A DNA stretch of 64,000 nucleotides from a bacterium (GCA_040753085.1 JBFMHI010000003.1:2367-66366); one strand, 5' to 3'; counted from the stretch's first letter, positions 38,454 to 48,022 are shown. Notes: generated from the sequence alone by a model not told the origin. A program made the numbers and translations.

Positions 38454-39227
38454 TTGTCCGATTATCTGAGAGTCATTCAAAATACACTGGATAGATTGCC
38501 CATCCCATTCAGGCTGGTAGATGTGTTCGACATCCTGATTGTCAGCTATATTTTTTATCAACTCTTTCTACTTATTCGAGGAACAAGGGCCGTCCAGGTT
38601 ATCAAAGGCTTGACTATCTTTATCGTTATCTTTGTTGTGGCTAAGGAGGCCAATCTTCACACGATAACGTGGCTATTGACCAATTTTGGCACCCTTGGTC
38701 TGGTGGCTATTGTTATTCTCTTTCAGCCGGAGCTTAGACGCGCCCTGGCTAATATGGGCGAGAATCGCCTTTTTGGCGCTTTTTTTAAGACAGGGGAAGA
38801 GCCGACTCAGAAGCTGATTAAAGTTATTTTTGCCTTGGCCAGACAGAAGATCGGCGCCCTTATTGTCTTAGCCAGAAAAGCTGATCTAAAAAATTATATC
38901 GAAACAGGCGTGACCCTTAATGCCCAATTTAAGCCGGAGCTTCTGACGACTATTTTTATGCCTAATACCCCCTTACACGATGGAGCGGTTATTATCGCTG
39001 GGGACCAAATTGTGGCGGCCAGTTGTCTGCTCCCGTTAACTCAGAATCCTGACCTGTCTATTACCCTGGGGACCAGGCATCGGGCCGCCATTGGATTAAC
39101 CGAGGAAACCGATGCCCTGGTGATTGTCGTTTCCGAAGAAAGGGGAAAGGTGTCTTTAGCCGTAGGCGGGAAAATATCTACCGACCTGAGTGAAGAGCAG
39201 TTAAAGGAAATGCTGATTCTATACTAA
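38454..39227 (+). CDS. cdaA: diadenylate cyclase CdaA (membrane-anchored DAC domain)
   Basis: TTG start after AGGAGGGGGAGGAG; three N-terminal TM segments; DAC motifs HDGAVII and TRHRAAIGL. Confidence 0.9.
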   Translation: MSDYLRVIQNTLDRLPIPFRLVDVFDILIVSYIFYQLFLLIRGTRAVQVIKGLTIFIVIFVVAKEANLHTITWLLTNFGTLGLVAIVILFQPELRRALANMGENRLFGAFFKTGEEPTQKLIKVIFALARQKIGALIVLARKADLKNYIETGVTLNAQFKPELLTTIFMPNTPLHDGAVIIAGDQIVAASCLLPLTQNPDLSITLGTRHRAAIGLTEETDALVIVVSEERGKVSLAVGGKISTDLSEEQLKEMLILY

Positions 39228-39291
39228 AGGCAGAAGACAGAGGCCCGAGGGCAGATCTCGGTTATCTGACTTCTGGGCTCTGTAAACTAAG

Positions 39292-39717
39292 ATGAAAAAC
39301 CTTCTCTTAAAAAATCTGGGATTAAAACTTATGGCGGTTATTCTGGCCACCCTTCTTTGGTTTTACATCTCTTCTCAGCAAACCATAAAGAAGGTTATAT
39401 CCATCCCGGTCAAGTGGTACAATCCCCCCACTGGTTTGGTGCTTCAGTCTATGGACTCGAAGGTAGTATTTGTTACTATCAGGGGGCAAAAGGAAGAGGT
39501 CTTGAAGGCTCAGGCCGCCGACTTTTCCATATCTCTTGACCTCTCCAAGGCCAAACCAGGCCGTCAGGTATATGAATTAACCCCGGAGATTGTTATGACC
39601 CCCTCAAGGATAAAGGTAATAAAGCTTTCACCTGAACAGGTGACTATTACTATGCAGGCAAGTCGGAGGGGAAGATTGAATATAGGGGAAGAAACGAATG
39701 AAAATACCTCTGGCTAA
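39292..39717 (+). CDS. cdaR: YbbR-domain protein, CdaA regulator (short, single YbbR repeat)
   Basis: N-terminal TM helix then YbbR-like beta repeats; canonical position between cdaA and glmM. Confidence 0.7.
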   Translation: MKNLLLKNLGLKLMAVILATLLWFYISSQQTIKKVISIPVKWYNPPTGLVLQSMDSKVVFVTIRGQKEEVLKAQAADFSISLDLSKAKPGRQVYELTPEIVMTPSRIKVIKLSPEQVTITMQASRRGRLNIGEETNENTSG

Positions 39718-40327
39718 AGATGGGTGGAAGTTCCTTATATTCCTGGGGATTATCACGGCGGTGAGTTATCTGTATTTCTCGTGGTTGAGCCTGATGCCGG
39801 CGGGGGTATTGCTCTTTACCGCCTATTTCTTCAGAGATCCAGAGAGAGAATTGCCAAAGATAGAAGGGGGGTTCTTATCTCCGGCTGATGGGAAGGTAGT
39901 AGAGATAGCCGAGGTTTATGAGGGAGATTTTATCCGGGATCAGGCCCTTAGAATTTCCATCTTCCTCTCTCTTTTTGATGTTCACATCAACCGTGCCCCG
40001 GTGAGTGGTGAAGTAACCTTCCTCCATTATAAAAAAGGCAGATTTGTGGCGGCCATGAAAGCAGCCGCCTCTGAGGTTAATGAAGCCAACTCTATTGGGA
40101 TTGTCCAAGGGGATTTAAAGGTTTTGGTCAAACAAATAGCCGGTGTGATTGCCCGGCGAATCGTCTGTCCACTCCAGCTTAAAGATAAGATCACGGCCGG
40201 TCAGAGGATAGGGCTAATAAGGTTTGGTTCGCGGACTGAAATCTACCTCCCGCCTGAAACCGAGATATGGGTCAAAGAAGGCAGCAAGGTCAAAGGCGGC
40301 GAAACAATATTGGGGGTGTTAAAATGA
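39698..40327 (+). CDS. psd: phosphatidylserine decarboxylase proenzyme (short archaeal-type form)
   Basis: 209 aa, N-terminal TM, autocleavage-site-like FGSRTE (G-S) near C-terminus; overlaps cdaR by 20 nt. Confidence 0.8.
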   Translation: MKIPLAKDGWKFLIFLGIITAVSYLYFSWLSLMPAGVLLFTAYFFRDPERELPKIEGGFLSPADGKVVEIAEVYEGDFIRDQALRISIFLSLFDVHINRAPVSGEVTFLHYKKGRFVAAMKAAASEVNEANSIGIVQGDLKVLVKQIAGVIARRIVCPLQLKDKITAGQRIGLIRFGSRTEIYLPPETEIWVKEGSKVKGGETILGVLK

Positions 40328-41082
40328 AACGAGTCCATATTCTACCCAGCTTACTTACCGCGGGGAATCTATTCTGTGGGATAAATTCCATTCTTTTATC
40401 AGTGGAAGGCAAATACCCTGAAGCGGCCTGGATGATCTTATTGGCTATTTGTTTTGACATCCTTGATGGTCAGATGGCCAGACGATTAAAGGCGGCCAGT
40501 AATTTCGGGCTTCAATTTGATTCTCTCTCGGATCTTGTCTCCTTTGGACTGGCTCCGGCCATCTTGCTCTACTGTTTGGCCTTTCCCCCCTTGAGCAGGT
40601 TGGGTATAATGGTCACCTTCCTCTACAGTGTTTGCGGAGCCTTACGATTAGCCAGGTTTAATTTGATCGTCCCTACGGAGGAAAAAACAGCCAAAGACTT
40701 TGTCGGGTTTCCTATCCCGGCCGCCGCAGGATTTATCGGGGCCGGAGTTCTATTCTGCAATGAGTATAATCTTACGATCCCCTTTAAGTTCTCCTCTCTG
40801 GGGATGATCTTGTTAGCCTATCTTATGGTTAGCCGCCTAAGGTATCCCAGCCTCAAAGAAACCCATTTGTGGGGAAGAAAACCCTTTGTCTATCTGGTAA
40901 CGATAATACTGGGCATAAGCCTGGTTGTTTTACATCCTCCTTTGATGCTTATCCTTATTTTCTCGGCTTATCTATCTTGGGGGCCTTTCAGGTCGGCCAG
41001 GAAAAATTTACATAGGTTCGGGTGGCTGCCCAGGGTCAAAAGCGAGATCGAAGAAAAGAGCCCAATGAAAGGAGCCAGGTAA
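40324..41082 (+). CDS. pssA: CDP-diacylglycerol--serine O-phosphatidyltransferase (CDP-alcohol phosphatidyltransferase family)
   Basis: start ATG 40324 overlapping psd stop (ATGA); motif DILDGQMARRL...GLQFDSLSDLVSFGLAPA = D-G-x2-A-R...G-x3-D-x3-D. Confidence 0.85.
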   Translation: MKRVHILPSLLTAGNLFCGINSILLSVEGKYPEAAWMILLAICFDILDGQMARRLKAASNFGLQFDSLSDLVSFGLAPAILLYCLAFPPLSRLGIMVTFLYSVCGALRLARFNLIVPTEEKTAKDFVGFPIPAAAGFIGAGVLFCNEYNLTIPFKFSSLGMILLAYLMVSRLRYPSLKETHLWGRKPFVYLVTIILGISLVVLHPPLMLILIFSAYLSWGPFRSARKNLHRFGWLPRVKSEIEEKSPMKGAR

Positions 41083-41128
41083 CTACTCGGGTTACTGGAT
41101 ACCTGGGTAGTTACGGAAAAAGATTTCG

Positions 41129-42478
41129 ATGGAAAGATTATTTGGAACGGATGGAATTAGAGGGATCGCTAATCGTTATCCCATGAATCCGCATATGGCG
41201 TTAAAGCTGGGGGCGGCTTGTGGACATCTCTTTAAGACTAAGGGTGAAGAGCAAGTGGTGGTTGGCCGTGATACGAGAATATCCGGTCAGATGTTAGAAG
41301 GGGCTCTTCAGGCCGGGATTACCTCGGCCGGAGTGGACTGCCTTAAAGTAGGTGTCTTGCCTACGCCAGGGATCAGCTATCTGACCAGGGCCCTTTCGGC
41401 CAAGGCCGGCATTGTTATATCTGCCTCGCATAATCCAGTAGAGGATAATGGGATCAAATTCTTTGGTCAGGATGGGTATAAACTCCCGGATGAAATGGAG
41501 CTTATGATGGAAGAGGAGGTCCTGAGCGAGGAATCCCGCTTTATCTCCCCGGTAGGAACCGATCTTGGGCAGGTGAGGGAAATAAACGATGCCGGGGAAA
41601 GGTATATTGAATTTTTGAACCGCAGCATATCCTCATCTCTTCATCTGAAAGGGCTGAGGATAGTTATTGACTGTGCCAATGGGGCCACCTCCGGGATTGT
41701 TCCTCGTCTCCTCGAAGATTTGGGGGCAAAGCTGATCGTTATGAATGCTAATCCCGATGGCAAGAATATTAATCTTAATTGTGGCTCCCTCCATCCGGAG
41801 ATTATGTCTCAGGCGGTGCGCGACCACCAGGCTAATTTGGGACTCTCTTTTGATGGGGATGGAGACCGCCTCATTGCCGTGGATGAGAAAGGTCAGGTGG
41901 TTGATGGGGATAAGATTATGGTCATCTGTGCCTTAAATCTGAAAGAAAAGGGGATACTATCCAACCACGTGGTGGTAGTTACGGTAATGAGCAATATTGG
42001 TCTTGAGCGGGCACTTAGCCCGGCCGGGATAAAAATAGTCAGGACAAAGGTCGGTGACCGATATGTGGTTGAGGGGATGCAAAAGGAAGGCGCTAATTTA
42101 GGCGGGGAACAATCCGGTCATCTTATCTTTTTAGATCATAATACCACCGGGGATGGGATTATCACGGCCTTGCAGCTTTTAAATGTCCTCAGGGAAGAAG
42201 ATGCCCCACTCTCTGAATTGGCCAAAAAAATGAAGCGATTCCCTCAGACCTTGCTTAATATTGGGGTAAAGAGTAAACCTAATCTTACTGATCTGCCGGA
42301 AGTTATGGATGCTATTACTACCGCTGAGAATAAATTAGGTGAAGATGGCCGGGTGCTGGTTCGTTACTCTGGAACTGAACCCAAGGTCAGGGTGATGGTG
42401 GAAGGACCAACTGTGGAAGAAACTGAAACTATGGCTAAATCAATCGCCGCAGCGATTGAGAAGGAGATCGGCCAATGA
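41129..42478 (+). CDS. glmM: phosphoglucosamine mutase
   Basis: MERLFGTDGIRG...ISASHNPVEDNGIKFF active-site serine loop. Confidence 0.93.
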   Translation: MERLFGTDGIRGIANRYPMNPHMALKLGAACGHLFKTKGEEQVVVGRDTRISGQMLEGALQAGITSAGVDCLKVGVLPTPGISYLTRALSAKAGIVISASHNPVEDNGIKFFGQDGYKLPDEMELMMEEEVLSEESRFISPVGTDLGQVREINDAGERYIEFLNRSISSSLHLKGLRIVIDCANGATSGIVPRLLEDLGAKLIVMNANPDGKNINLNCGSLHPEIMSQAVRDHQANLGLSFDGDGDRLIAVDEKGQVVDGDKIMVICALNLKEKGILSNHVVVVTVMSNIGLERALSPAGIKIVRTKVGDRYVVEGMQKEGANLGGEQSGHLIFLDHNTTGDGIITALQLLNVLREEDAPLSELAKKMKRFPQTLLNIGVKSKPNLTDLPEVMDAITTAENKLGEDGRVLVRYSGTEPKVRVMVEGPTVEETETMAKSIAAAIEKEIGQ

Positions 42479-43560
42479 AAGACTTCAAACCCGGCGGCTT
42501 AGCGACCGCCATTGGAAGTTTTCCCTATCAGGACCCGGTTAAGGCCTGTCGGCTTATTGGGAAGTATCTACCCGATATGCCAGTCTGGCCCCAGTTGCCT
42601 AAAAGAGACCCGAGGGAGGGCATGTATATCCAGTATAGTGAGGCCATGCCCTGCTGCCGGTATGATGTGGCCAAGAATAAGATATACTTTGATACCACCA
42701 TCAATGTAGCCTCTGAAATGGAGAAATTCTATGAACACTACTTAGCGGATGATTTGGATTACTTTGGCCTAAGCCCTGACTATGCCGCCGGCTTTCACGC
42801 CTTTTTAGAAGCCCTGGAATCCAATAACTTGAAACCCCACGACCCGCAAGCGGGTGCCCTGAACCCGAAACTATCCTTTGTGAAGGGCCATACCACCGGA
42901 CCGATTACCTTCGGTATGACGGTAACGGATGAGGCAGGAAAGGCCATAATCTATAATGATCAAATATTTGAAGCCATATCCTATGGTCTGGCGCTAAAAT
43001 CCCGCTGGCAGTTAGAAAAACTAAGACCCTTCGGGGATCAGGTTATTATCTTTCTTGACGAACCCTATCTGGCTGCCTATGGCTCGGTGGGCATGAATTT
43101 CAGTCAGGCAGGGATTATTAATATGCTAAATAAGGTAATTGAACCTGTCCGGGAAAGTGGGGCAGTGGTGGGCATTCATTGCTGTGCCAATACTGACTGG
43201 TCGATGCTGATGCACACCGCCGCGGATATTATCAGTTTTGATGCTTACAGCTATATGGAAAGCATGACCCTTTATTCTGAGGCTCTTTTGAGCTATCTGT
43301 CCAGAGGAGGCGCGCTGGCCTTGGGTATCATCCCGGCCCAGGATATGGTTCTCAAGGAAGAAATCGAAACTCTTTCCATCCGGCTGAATAAGGCCATAGA
43401 CTCCCTGGTTGAACTGGGCATACCCAAAGCCGATCTGCTGACCCAAACCCTCATTACCCCCTCTTGCGGTCTTGGCGCAGGCACCGAAGAGATCGCCCAA
43501 AAAGCCCTCCAATTGACTCACGGGCTCTCGTCGATTTTAAAGGGTGCCGCCGCCTTATAG
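42475..43560 (+). CDS. cobalamin-independent methionine synthase catalytic-domain (core-MetE-like) family protein
   Basis: ATGA overlap with glmM; ATAIGSFPYQ (cf MetE TTTIGSFPQT), IFLDEPYL (cf IQIDEPAL), IHCCAN and TPSCGLG (cf HMCYS / NPDCGL zinc ligands). Confidence 0.55.
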   Translation: MKDFKPGGLATAIGSFPYQDPVKACRLIGKYLPDMPVWPQLPKRDPREGMYIQYSEAMPCCRYDVAKNKIYFDTTINVASEMEKFYEHYLADDLDYFGLSPDYAAGFHAFLEALESNNLKPHDPQAGALNPKLSFVKGHTTGPITFGMTVTDEAGKAIIYNDQIFEAISYGLALKSRWQLEKLRPFGDQVIIFLDEPYLAAYGSVGMNFSQAGIINMLNKVIEPVRESGAVVGIHCCANTDWSMLMHTAADIISFDAYSYMESMTLYSEALLSYLSRGGALALGIIPAQDMVLKEEIETLSIRLNKAIDSLVELGIPKADLLTQTLITPSCGLGAGTEEIAQKALQLTHGLSSILKGAAAL

Positions 43561-43585
43561 CCGAACGTCTCAGACGGATTCATAA

Positions 43586-43990
43586 ATTTGTAATCGTTCA
43601 CCACAGAGACACGGAGACACGGAGAATGATTTCGACCTGTATGATTAGAAATTACAAACAATGGGTTGAAATCTTTCCTACGCCCTGTCAGGGCTTGACC
43701 TTATGGGATACCATTATTCCGTAGATTGAAATCTACGGCTAAATTCCTTTACGCCTTCGGCGTATAAATAGGATATATTAATAAAACCTGTTCCCTGATT
43801 TTCATCAGGGCAAGTTCTGACAGAACCTGCTCCTGACAGGCTCTGAAGTTCAGGAATCATTATTAAAGCCCGAAGGGCTGTAGTATATGTTAGCCGTAGG
43901 TTTGAACCTACGGAACATTAAATGGGAAATTAATTAAGCCCCGCAGGGGCGAAGGAGAAAATACAGAGGTGAACGGTTACGATTATATCA
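43586..43990. repeat. non-coding block: single-arm copy of the GTAA(C/T)CGTTCACC element (gtaatcgttcaccacagagacacggagacacggagaatgatt, 43586..43631) followed by ~9 unrelated short stem-loops (gccctgtcagggc, ccgtagattgaaatctacgg, tacgccttcggcgta, ccctgattttcatcaggg, gcccgaagggc, ccgtaggtttgaacctacgg, gccccgcaggggc)
   Basis: read directly; left boundary of the high-GC islet. Confidence 0.6.
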
Positions 43991-44077
43991 CTTTCGCCAG
44001 CACACGTCAACTCCTCTAACGCGCTCACCTGGCGCTTCAGGCTTCCCCAGTCGGGCGAGTTCCAGGGGAACTGCGTC

Positions 44078-45781
44078 TCATTGTAGACCGGCGGGCACGC
44101 CCTCGAGGACGGCGCCTGCTGCCAGTTGGGTCCGCGCCTCCAGTACCTGGCGAACCGAAAGCTCGACGGCATCCGGATCTGTCCAGGGGCTCATGATGAA
44201 CGACTTGAGGGCGGCGATGGGAGGCCCCCCCGCGTAGCTGGAATGCCGGTATGCATCCGTCCGGGAAAGAAGCACGCCTTCGCCACGCATCGCCCGATCA
44301 TGGATAAGGTCGAAAATGCTGCGGTTGTAAGCGTTGTGTTCCTCCACCTGCGTGCGGTAACCGGGGTCGGACAGCTCGCGTCGCAGCGCTTCGTCTGCAT
44401 CTACCCCATTCGGATAGACGCGGAAGAGGGTGACCGGCCCATAGTTATAGTCATTCAGCACATTGATAGAGGGATTTCGCTCGAGCCGCTCGCGCAGCAT
44501 CTCCGCCATCTCCACCACGTGGCCGATAAGCACCCGGTAGCCCTGCTTGCCCAACAGCGCGATGTTGGCCAGGGCTGCCAGCGCGCTCGCGCCCGGGCGC
44601 GACGATTCCAGGGTGTAGATGCCGGGATGATAGCGACCGAACTGATAGAGGTAGGGCATCTGCGCCGGGTCGCGGCTGAGCAGGGTCAAATCCTCCCGAT
44701 CTTTGACCAGAAAGACGCTGGAGATATAGGGCGCATAGCCGGTCTTGTGGAAATCGATCCCCAGGCTGTCCGCAAGCGAGAGATCTCCGATGCGCTGCAG
44801 GGAATCCCGCAGGGAGCGCAGCGTCCGGGCATGGAAACCCAGGGGGTTGCTGTTGAAATCGTAATCGCGGAACACGGCCCACGCCCAGCCGATGACCGCG
44901 TCGGCATGGATGTGCGGCCTGTATTCCAGCCGGTATTCCCCGGCGAGCCGGTCACGAAGGCGCACGATCGCCCCCAGGTCATCAATGCCGAACGCATCCG
45001 TAGTGCCCAGGGTCGCGATGATGGCCGCCACCTTTTCCCCCCGCTCGAATAACTGCCGCAAGTGTTCTTCCAGATCAGCGAGCGATATCTCGTTGTCGTG
45101 TGTAGTGGGAACAGTCACCAGGTTCTTCGTTCCCAGCCCCAGCCAGCCCGCTACGTTCAACCGCGAGTAGTGCGCCGCCTCGGAAGCCACGATCTTCAGA
45201 TCCTCACGGATCCCATCCGTCATCGCTCGGCCACCGAGCGCCTTTTCCACCCCGAGCTTGCAGCCGTAAAGAAGCGTGCCGGTGCCGCCAAAGGTGAAGA
45301 CGCCTCCGGCTCGCTGCGGGGCATAGCCGACCAGATCAGAAAACATGCCCACGACCTGCAGCTCGGCCTCCGCAAAGCGGGCAGAATACTCATCCCAGAT
45401 AATGTTCGGATTATAGATGGCGCCAGCCATTACCGCAGTGATACTGGGGATCGTGGTGGGCGGGACGACATTGACCGAGGCGTTCGGGTGCGCCCAGATG
45501 GTCATGCCCCGGCAGTAGTCCACCAGCATATTCGTCGCCTCTTCCACAGAGCACATCTCCCCCGGGAAAGCCTCGCCGAGGCTTATCTCATAGCGCCTTC
45601 CCTGCCCTGCTCCCAGCAGGGGTGCGGCAGATTTCAGGCTATCTACCTCGTCGAGAAAGTGCGAGATGGTGTGGACGAAGTAACCGTCCATAATCGGGTT
45701 AGATACCGGCGTGGGAAAACAGGTCTTGAGTTGCTCCAGAATCGCTGTATAGCTCTGCCCCATGGTGATATCCTTTCTCAT
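44078..45781 (-). CDS. PLP-dependent group II decarboxylase family protein (Asp/Glu/DOPA-decarboxylase fold)
   Basis: ~567 aa from ATG 45781 (AGGAG 6 nt upstream; alternatives 45763 or 45838); SLGIDFHKTGYAP PLP-lysine context; coding GC ~62% versus ~47% flanking. Confidence 0.7.
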   Translation of the reverse strand: MRKDITMGQSYTAILEQLKTCFPTPVSNPIMDGYFVHTISHFLDEVDSLKSAAPLLGAGQGRRYEISLGEAFPGEMCSVEEATNMLVDYCRGMTIWAHPNASVNVVPPTTIPSITAVMAGAIYNPNIIWDEYSARFAEAELQVVGMFSDLVGYAPQRAGGVFTFGGTGTLLYGCKLGVEKALGGRAMTDGIREDLKIVASEAAHYSRLNVAGWLGLGTKNLVTVPTTHDNEISLADLEEHLRQLFERGEKVAAIIATLGTTDAFGIDDLGAIVRLRDRLAGEYRLEYRPHIHADAVIGWAWAVFRDYDFNSNPLGFHARTLRSLRDSLQRIGDLSLADSLGIDFHKTGYAPYISSVFLVKDREDLTLLSRDPAQMPYLYQFGRYHPGIYTLESSRPGASALAALANIALLGKQGYRVLIGHVVEMAEMLRERLERNPSINVLNDYNYGPVTLFRVYPNGVDADEALRRELSDPGYRTQVEEHNAYNRSIFDLIHDRAMRGEGVLLSRTDAYRHSSYAGGPPIAALKSFIMSPWTDPDAVELSVRQVLEARTQLAAGAVLEGVPAGLQ

Positions 45782-46345
45782 GTGCATCTCCTTCTGCATG
45801 GAGAGGAGCCCCTGGAAGCGCTCTAAGCGCACACCCATATTCTACACCATAGCGCCATCCCGTAAACTTGTCTGCGCTTTCGCCAGTGCTGAAGACGAAG
45901 ACGCCGCGCTTGAGCTCGCCCGAATCGGTGGTGAAGCCCCCGCCGTAGTGGCGAGCGGCAGGAAAGCAACAAAGCGGCAGGAATCCGACACCGACCAGGC
46001 GTATTGTCTGAAGGCACGCTATTGACACGGGCCGGACCCCGATCCGGGCCTTGGCGGCTCTAGACGCAGAAGCCTTTAAATGATAAATGATAGAAATTTT
46101 GATTTCAGGGTAATTCGGAAGAAGTGTCATAGAAGTGCCCTCCAGATGTTTTTTTAGTGCTTTGAGCCCTATGGTTTTGGATTATAGTATATAAAAATGA
46201 GTAAGTCAAGTGAAAAGTTGGTTGGTGGTCTTCTTAAATTAAAAAAATATATCAAGAATATATCCATTGAAGAAAGGGTTGAGCCAATCGTTTATAACTA
46301 GGGGGGAACGGCCGTTCGCCCCTAGTTCTGCTGGCTGGTAAGGAG

Positions 46346-46476
46346 GCTACGAATAAAGGTTACAGAGGGAAGGTATCAGGCTGGGACACCAGCGATGGCG
46401 GCTGGCTTTACCAATCACATCTGGAGACTTTCGGAATGGCTTACTCTACCTGCCGTTCAACGTAAGTAGGCCACCA
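46346..46476 (+). mobile_element. copy 2 of the ~130-bp transposase-C-terminus-like repeat (...AMAAGFTNHIWRLSEWLTLPAVQRK*)
   Basis: ~85% identical to 27483..27613; preceded by AT-rich DNA and the nested palindrome ctagggggGAACGGCCGTTCgcccctag (46298..46325). Confidence 0.5.
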
Positions 46477-46610
46477 ACAAATATTGAGAAGATACCTCCA
46501 TAGTGTAGCGTAGGGTATCAGTAGGACAAACGGACAACTGACCAGGAACAACTAAACTTTTGGTTGCAAAAGAAGGATTTATATGATAACATATTTTCAG
46601 GAAGTAAGTA

Positions 46611-46980
46611 ATGACTTGGATCAAGATATGTGGGATTACTCGAATAGAAGATGCCTTAGCCGTGGTTGAAGCCGGGGCAGATGCCCTGGGTTTTATTTTT
46701 GCTAAGAGCCCAAGACGGATTGAACTATCTCAGGCAGTTAGAATTGCCGAGAAACTTCCCCCTTTAGTCAGCTTAGTGGGTGTCTTTCTTGATCAAGGGG
46801 CTCAAGAGATTCAGAAGGTCATTGCCTCCTGTCCCCTCACGGCCCTTCAATTTCACGGGCAGGAGTCCCCTGAATTTTGCCGTGCAGGGAGAAAGAGAGA
46901 GGATTGTTTTCCCAAAAGAGATACTCAAAGATGCCCACATTTGGAGCAGTTGCAACTTTAGAAAAGGTATTATCAGATGA
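46611..46980 (+). pseudogene. trpF: phosphoribosylanthranilate isomerase fragment: N-terminal ~95 codons intact, then frameshift and truncation
   Basis: MTWIKICGITRIEDALAVVEAGADALGFIFAKSPRRIELSQAVRIAEKLPPLVSLVGVFLDQ...LQFHGQESPEFCRA matches TrpF through beta-4; next ~30 codons continue only in +1 frame (ERIVFPKEILKDAHIW) and end at 46980; no C-terminal half downstream. Confidence 0.7.
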
Positions 46981-47243
46981 AAAGAAATGATATAAAACAA
47001 CAAAGGATAGCATTATTAAGCCTTATTAAAGGATATAAAAAAACAAATAAGCTGATTTTTGCTGAGAAAAAAGAAAGACTGTCTCGAATGAGCAAAGAAG
47101 AGTCTCTTGATGAGTATAAAGCCCTTTGTGCTATGTGGGAAGGTATAAGTAATAAAACAGGTATTGAGCGAGTATCAGATTTAAATCTGCAAATTCTTAT
47201 CAGACGGAGACAACAATTCGATAGGGCAGGAAAGGTTAAGTGA
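46977..47243 (+). CDS. small protein, putative antitoxin/partner of downstream nucleotidyltransferase
   Basis: 88 aa, start ATG overlaps trpF-fragment stop; stop overlaps downstream GTG (GTGA). Confidence 0.45.
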   Translation: MKRNDIKQQRIALLSLIKGYKKTNKLIFAEKKERLSRMSKEESLDEYKALCAMWEGISNKTGIERVSDLNLQILIRRRQQFDRAGKVK

Positions 47244-47824
47244 GATATTTGAGTTCTCAGATCAGAGCTATATGCAAAGTTCATAACTTTTTTGACAGTG
47301 CAGGTATCCAGTATGTTTTTATTGGTGGCATTGCACTTCAATGGTGGGGTGAACCAAGATTTACCCGTGATGTGGATGTTACCATCCTTGTTGATTTAGG
47401 CAAGGAAGAAGTGGTCATAAAAAAGATATTGTCAGCCTTTCCACCACGCATCCCTGATGCACTCGGTTTTGCTCTTAAAAATAGGGTTTGTCTGGTTTCT
47501 ACTAAAGATGGTTATGAAATAGATATTTCTCTGGGGATCCCGGGATACGAAGAAGAGGTGATGAAAAGGGCAGTTGAATTTAATGTGGATAAAAGACATA
47601 TTGTCAGAATATGTTCTGCTGAAGATCTCATTATACATAAAGTGGTTGCTGGCAGACCACAGGATTTAAATGATATAGAAGGAATAATCCTGCGTCAAGG
47701 GAAAAGACTTGATATTAAATATATACGAAAGTGGCTCAAGGCATTTGCTGATATTCTGGAAATGAAGGAATTAAGAGAAAGATTTGAAAAACCATGGAAG
47801 CAACTGACAAACAAACCCAAATAA
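47240..47824 (+). CDS. minimal nucleotidyltransferase-fold protein (MenT/AbiEii-like toxin candidate)
   Basis: GTG start with AGGAAAGG RBS; NTase motif FIGGIALQWWGEPRFTRDVDVTILVD (hG[GS]...DhD); 194 aa. Confidence 0.55.
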   Translation: MRYLSSQIRAICKVHNFFDSAGIQYVFIGGIALQWWGEPRFTRDVDVTILVDLGKEEVVIKKILSAFPPRIPDALGFALKNRVCLVSTKDGYEIDISLGIPGYEEEVMKRAVEFNVDKRHIVRICSAEDLIIHKVVAGRPQDLNDIEGIILRQGKRLDIKYIRKWLKAFADILEMKELRERFEKPWKQLTNKPK

Positions 47825-47828
47825 TTTG

Positions 47829-47930
47829 TAACCGTTCACCTCACCACGGAGACACAGAGACACTGAGAAAAATCTAAAATCATTCTCCGTGTCTCTGTGT
47901 CTCTGTGGTGAACGATTACCTTTTCTGAAG
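47829..47930. repeat. full hairpin copy of the GTAACCGTTCACC element: gtaaccgttcacctcaccacggagacacagagacac - loop - tctccgtgtctctgtgtctctgtggtgaacgattac
   Basis: ~38-bp arms, internal GAGACAC repeats; right boundary of the islet. Confidence 0.7.
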
Positions 47931-47943
47931 AGGTGCGCCGGCA

Positions 47944-47985
47944 TAAAAAAGGCCCCTGGAATGATCCAGGGGCCTTTAGCTATAC
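47944..47985 (-). terminator. intrinsic terminator at end of the dcw operon (after ftsZ): aggcccctgga-tcat-tccaggggcct + TTTTTTAT on the minus strand
   Basis: 11-bp GC-rich stem and U-tract 40 nt after ftsZ stop. Confidence 0.8.
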
Positions 47986-48022
47986 CCCCCCAATGACGGG
48001 GAGACGGGAAAGCTGGGTGATT

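Noticed and set aside
44126-45826. Plus-strand ORFs 44126..45052 and 45062..45826, and further ORFs inside the decarboxylase gene
   Set aside because: They are antisense to a well-supported PLP-decarboxylase ORF; high GC removes stop codons, and the translations are Arg/Ala/Pro-rich
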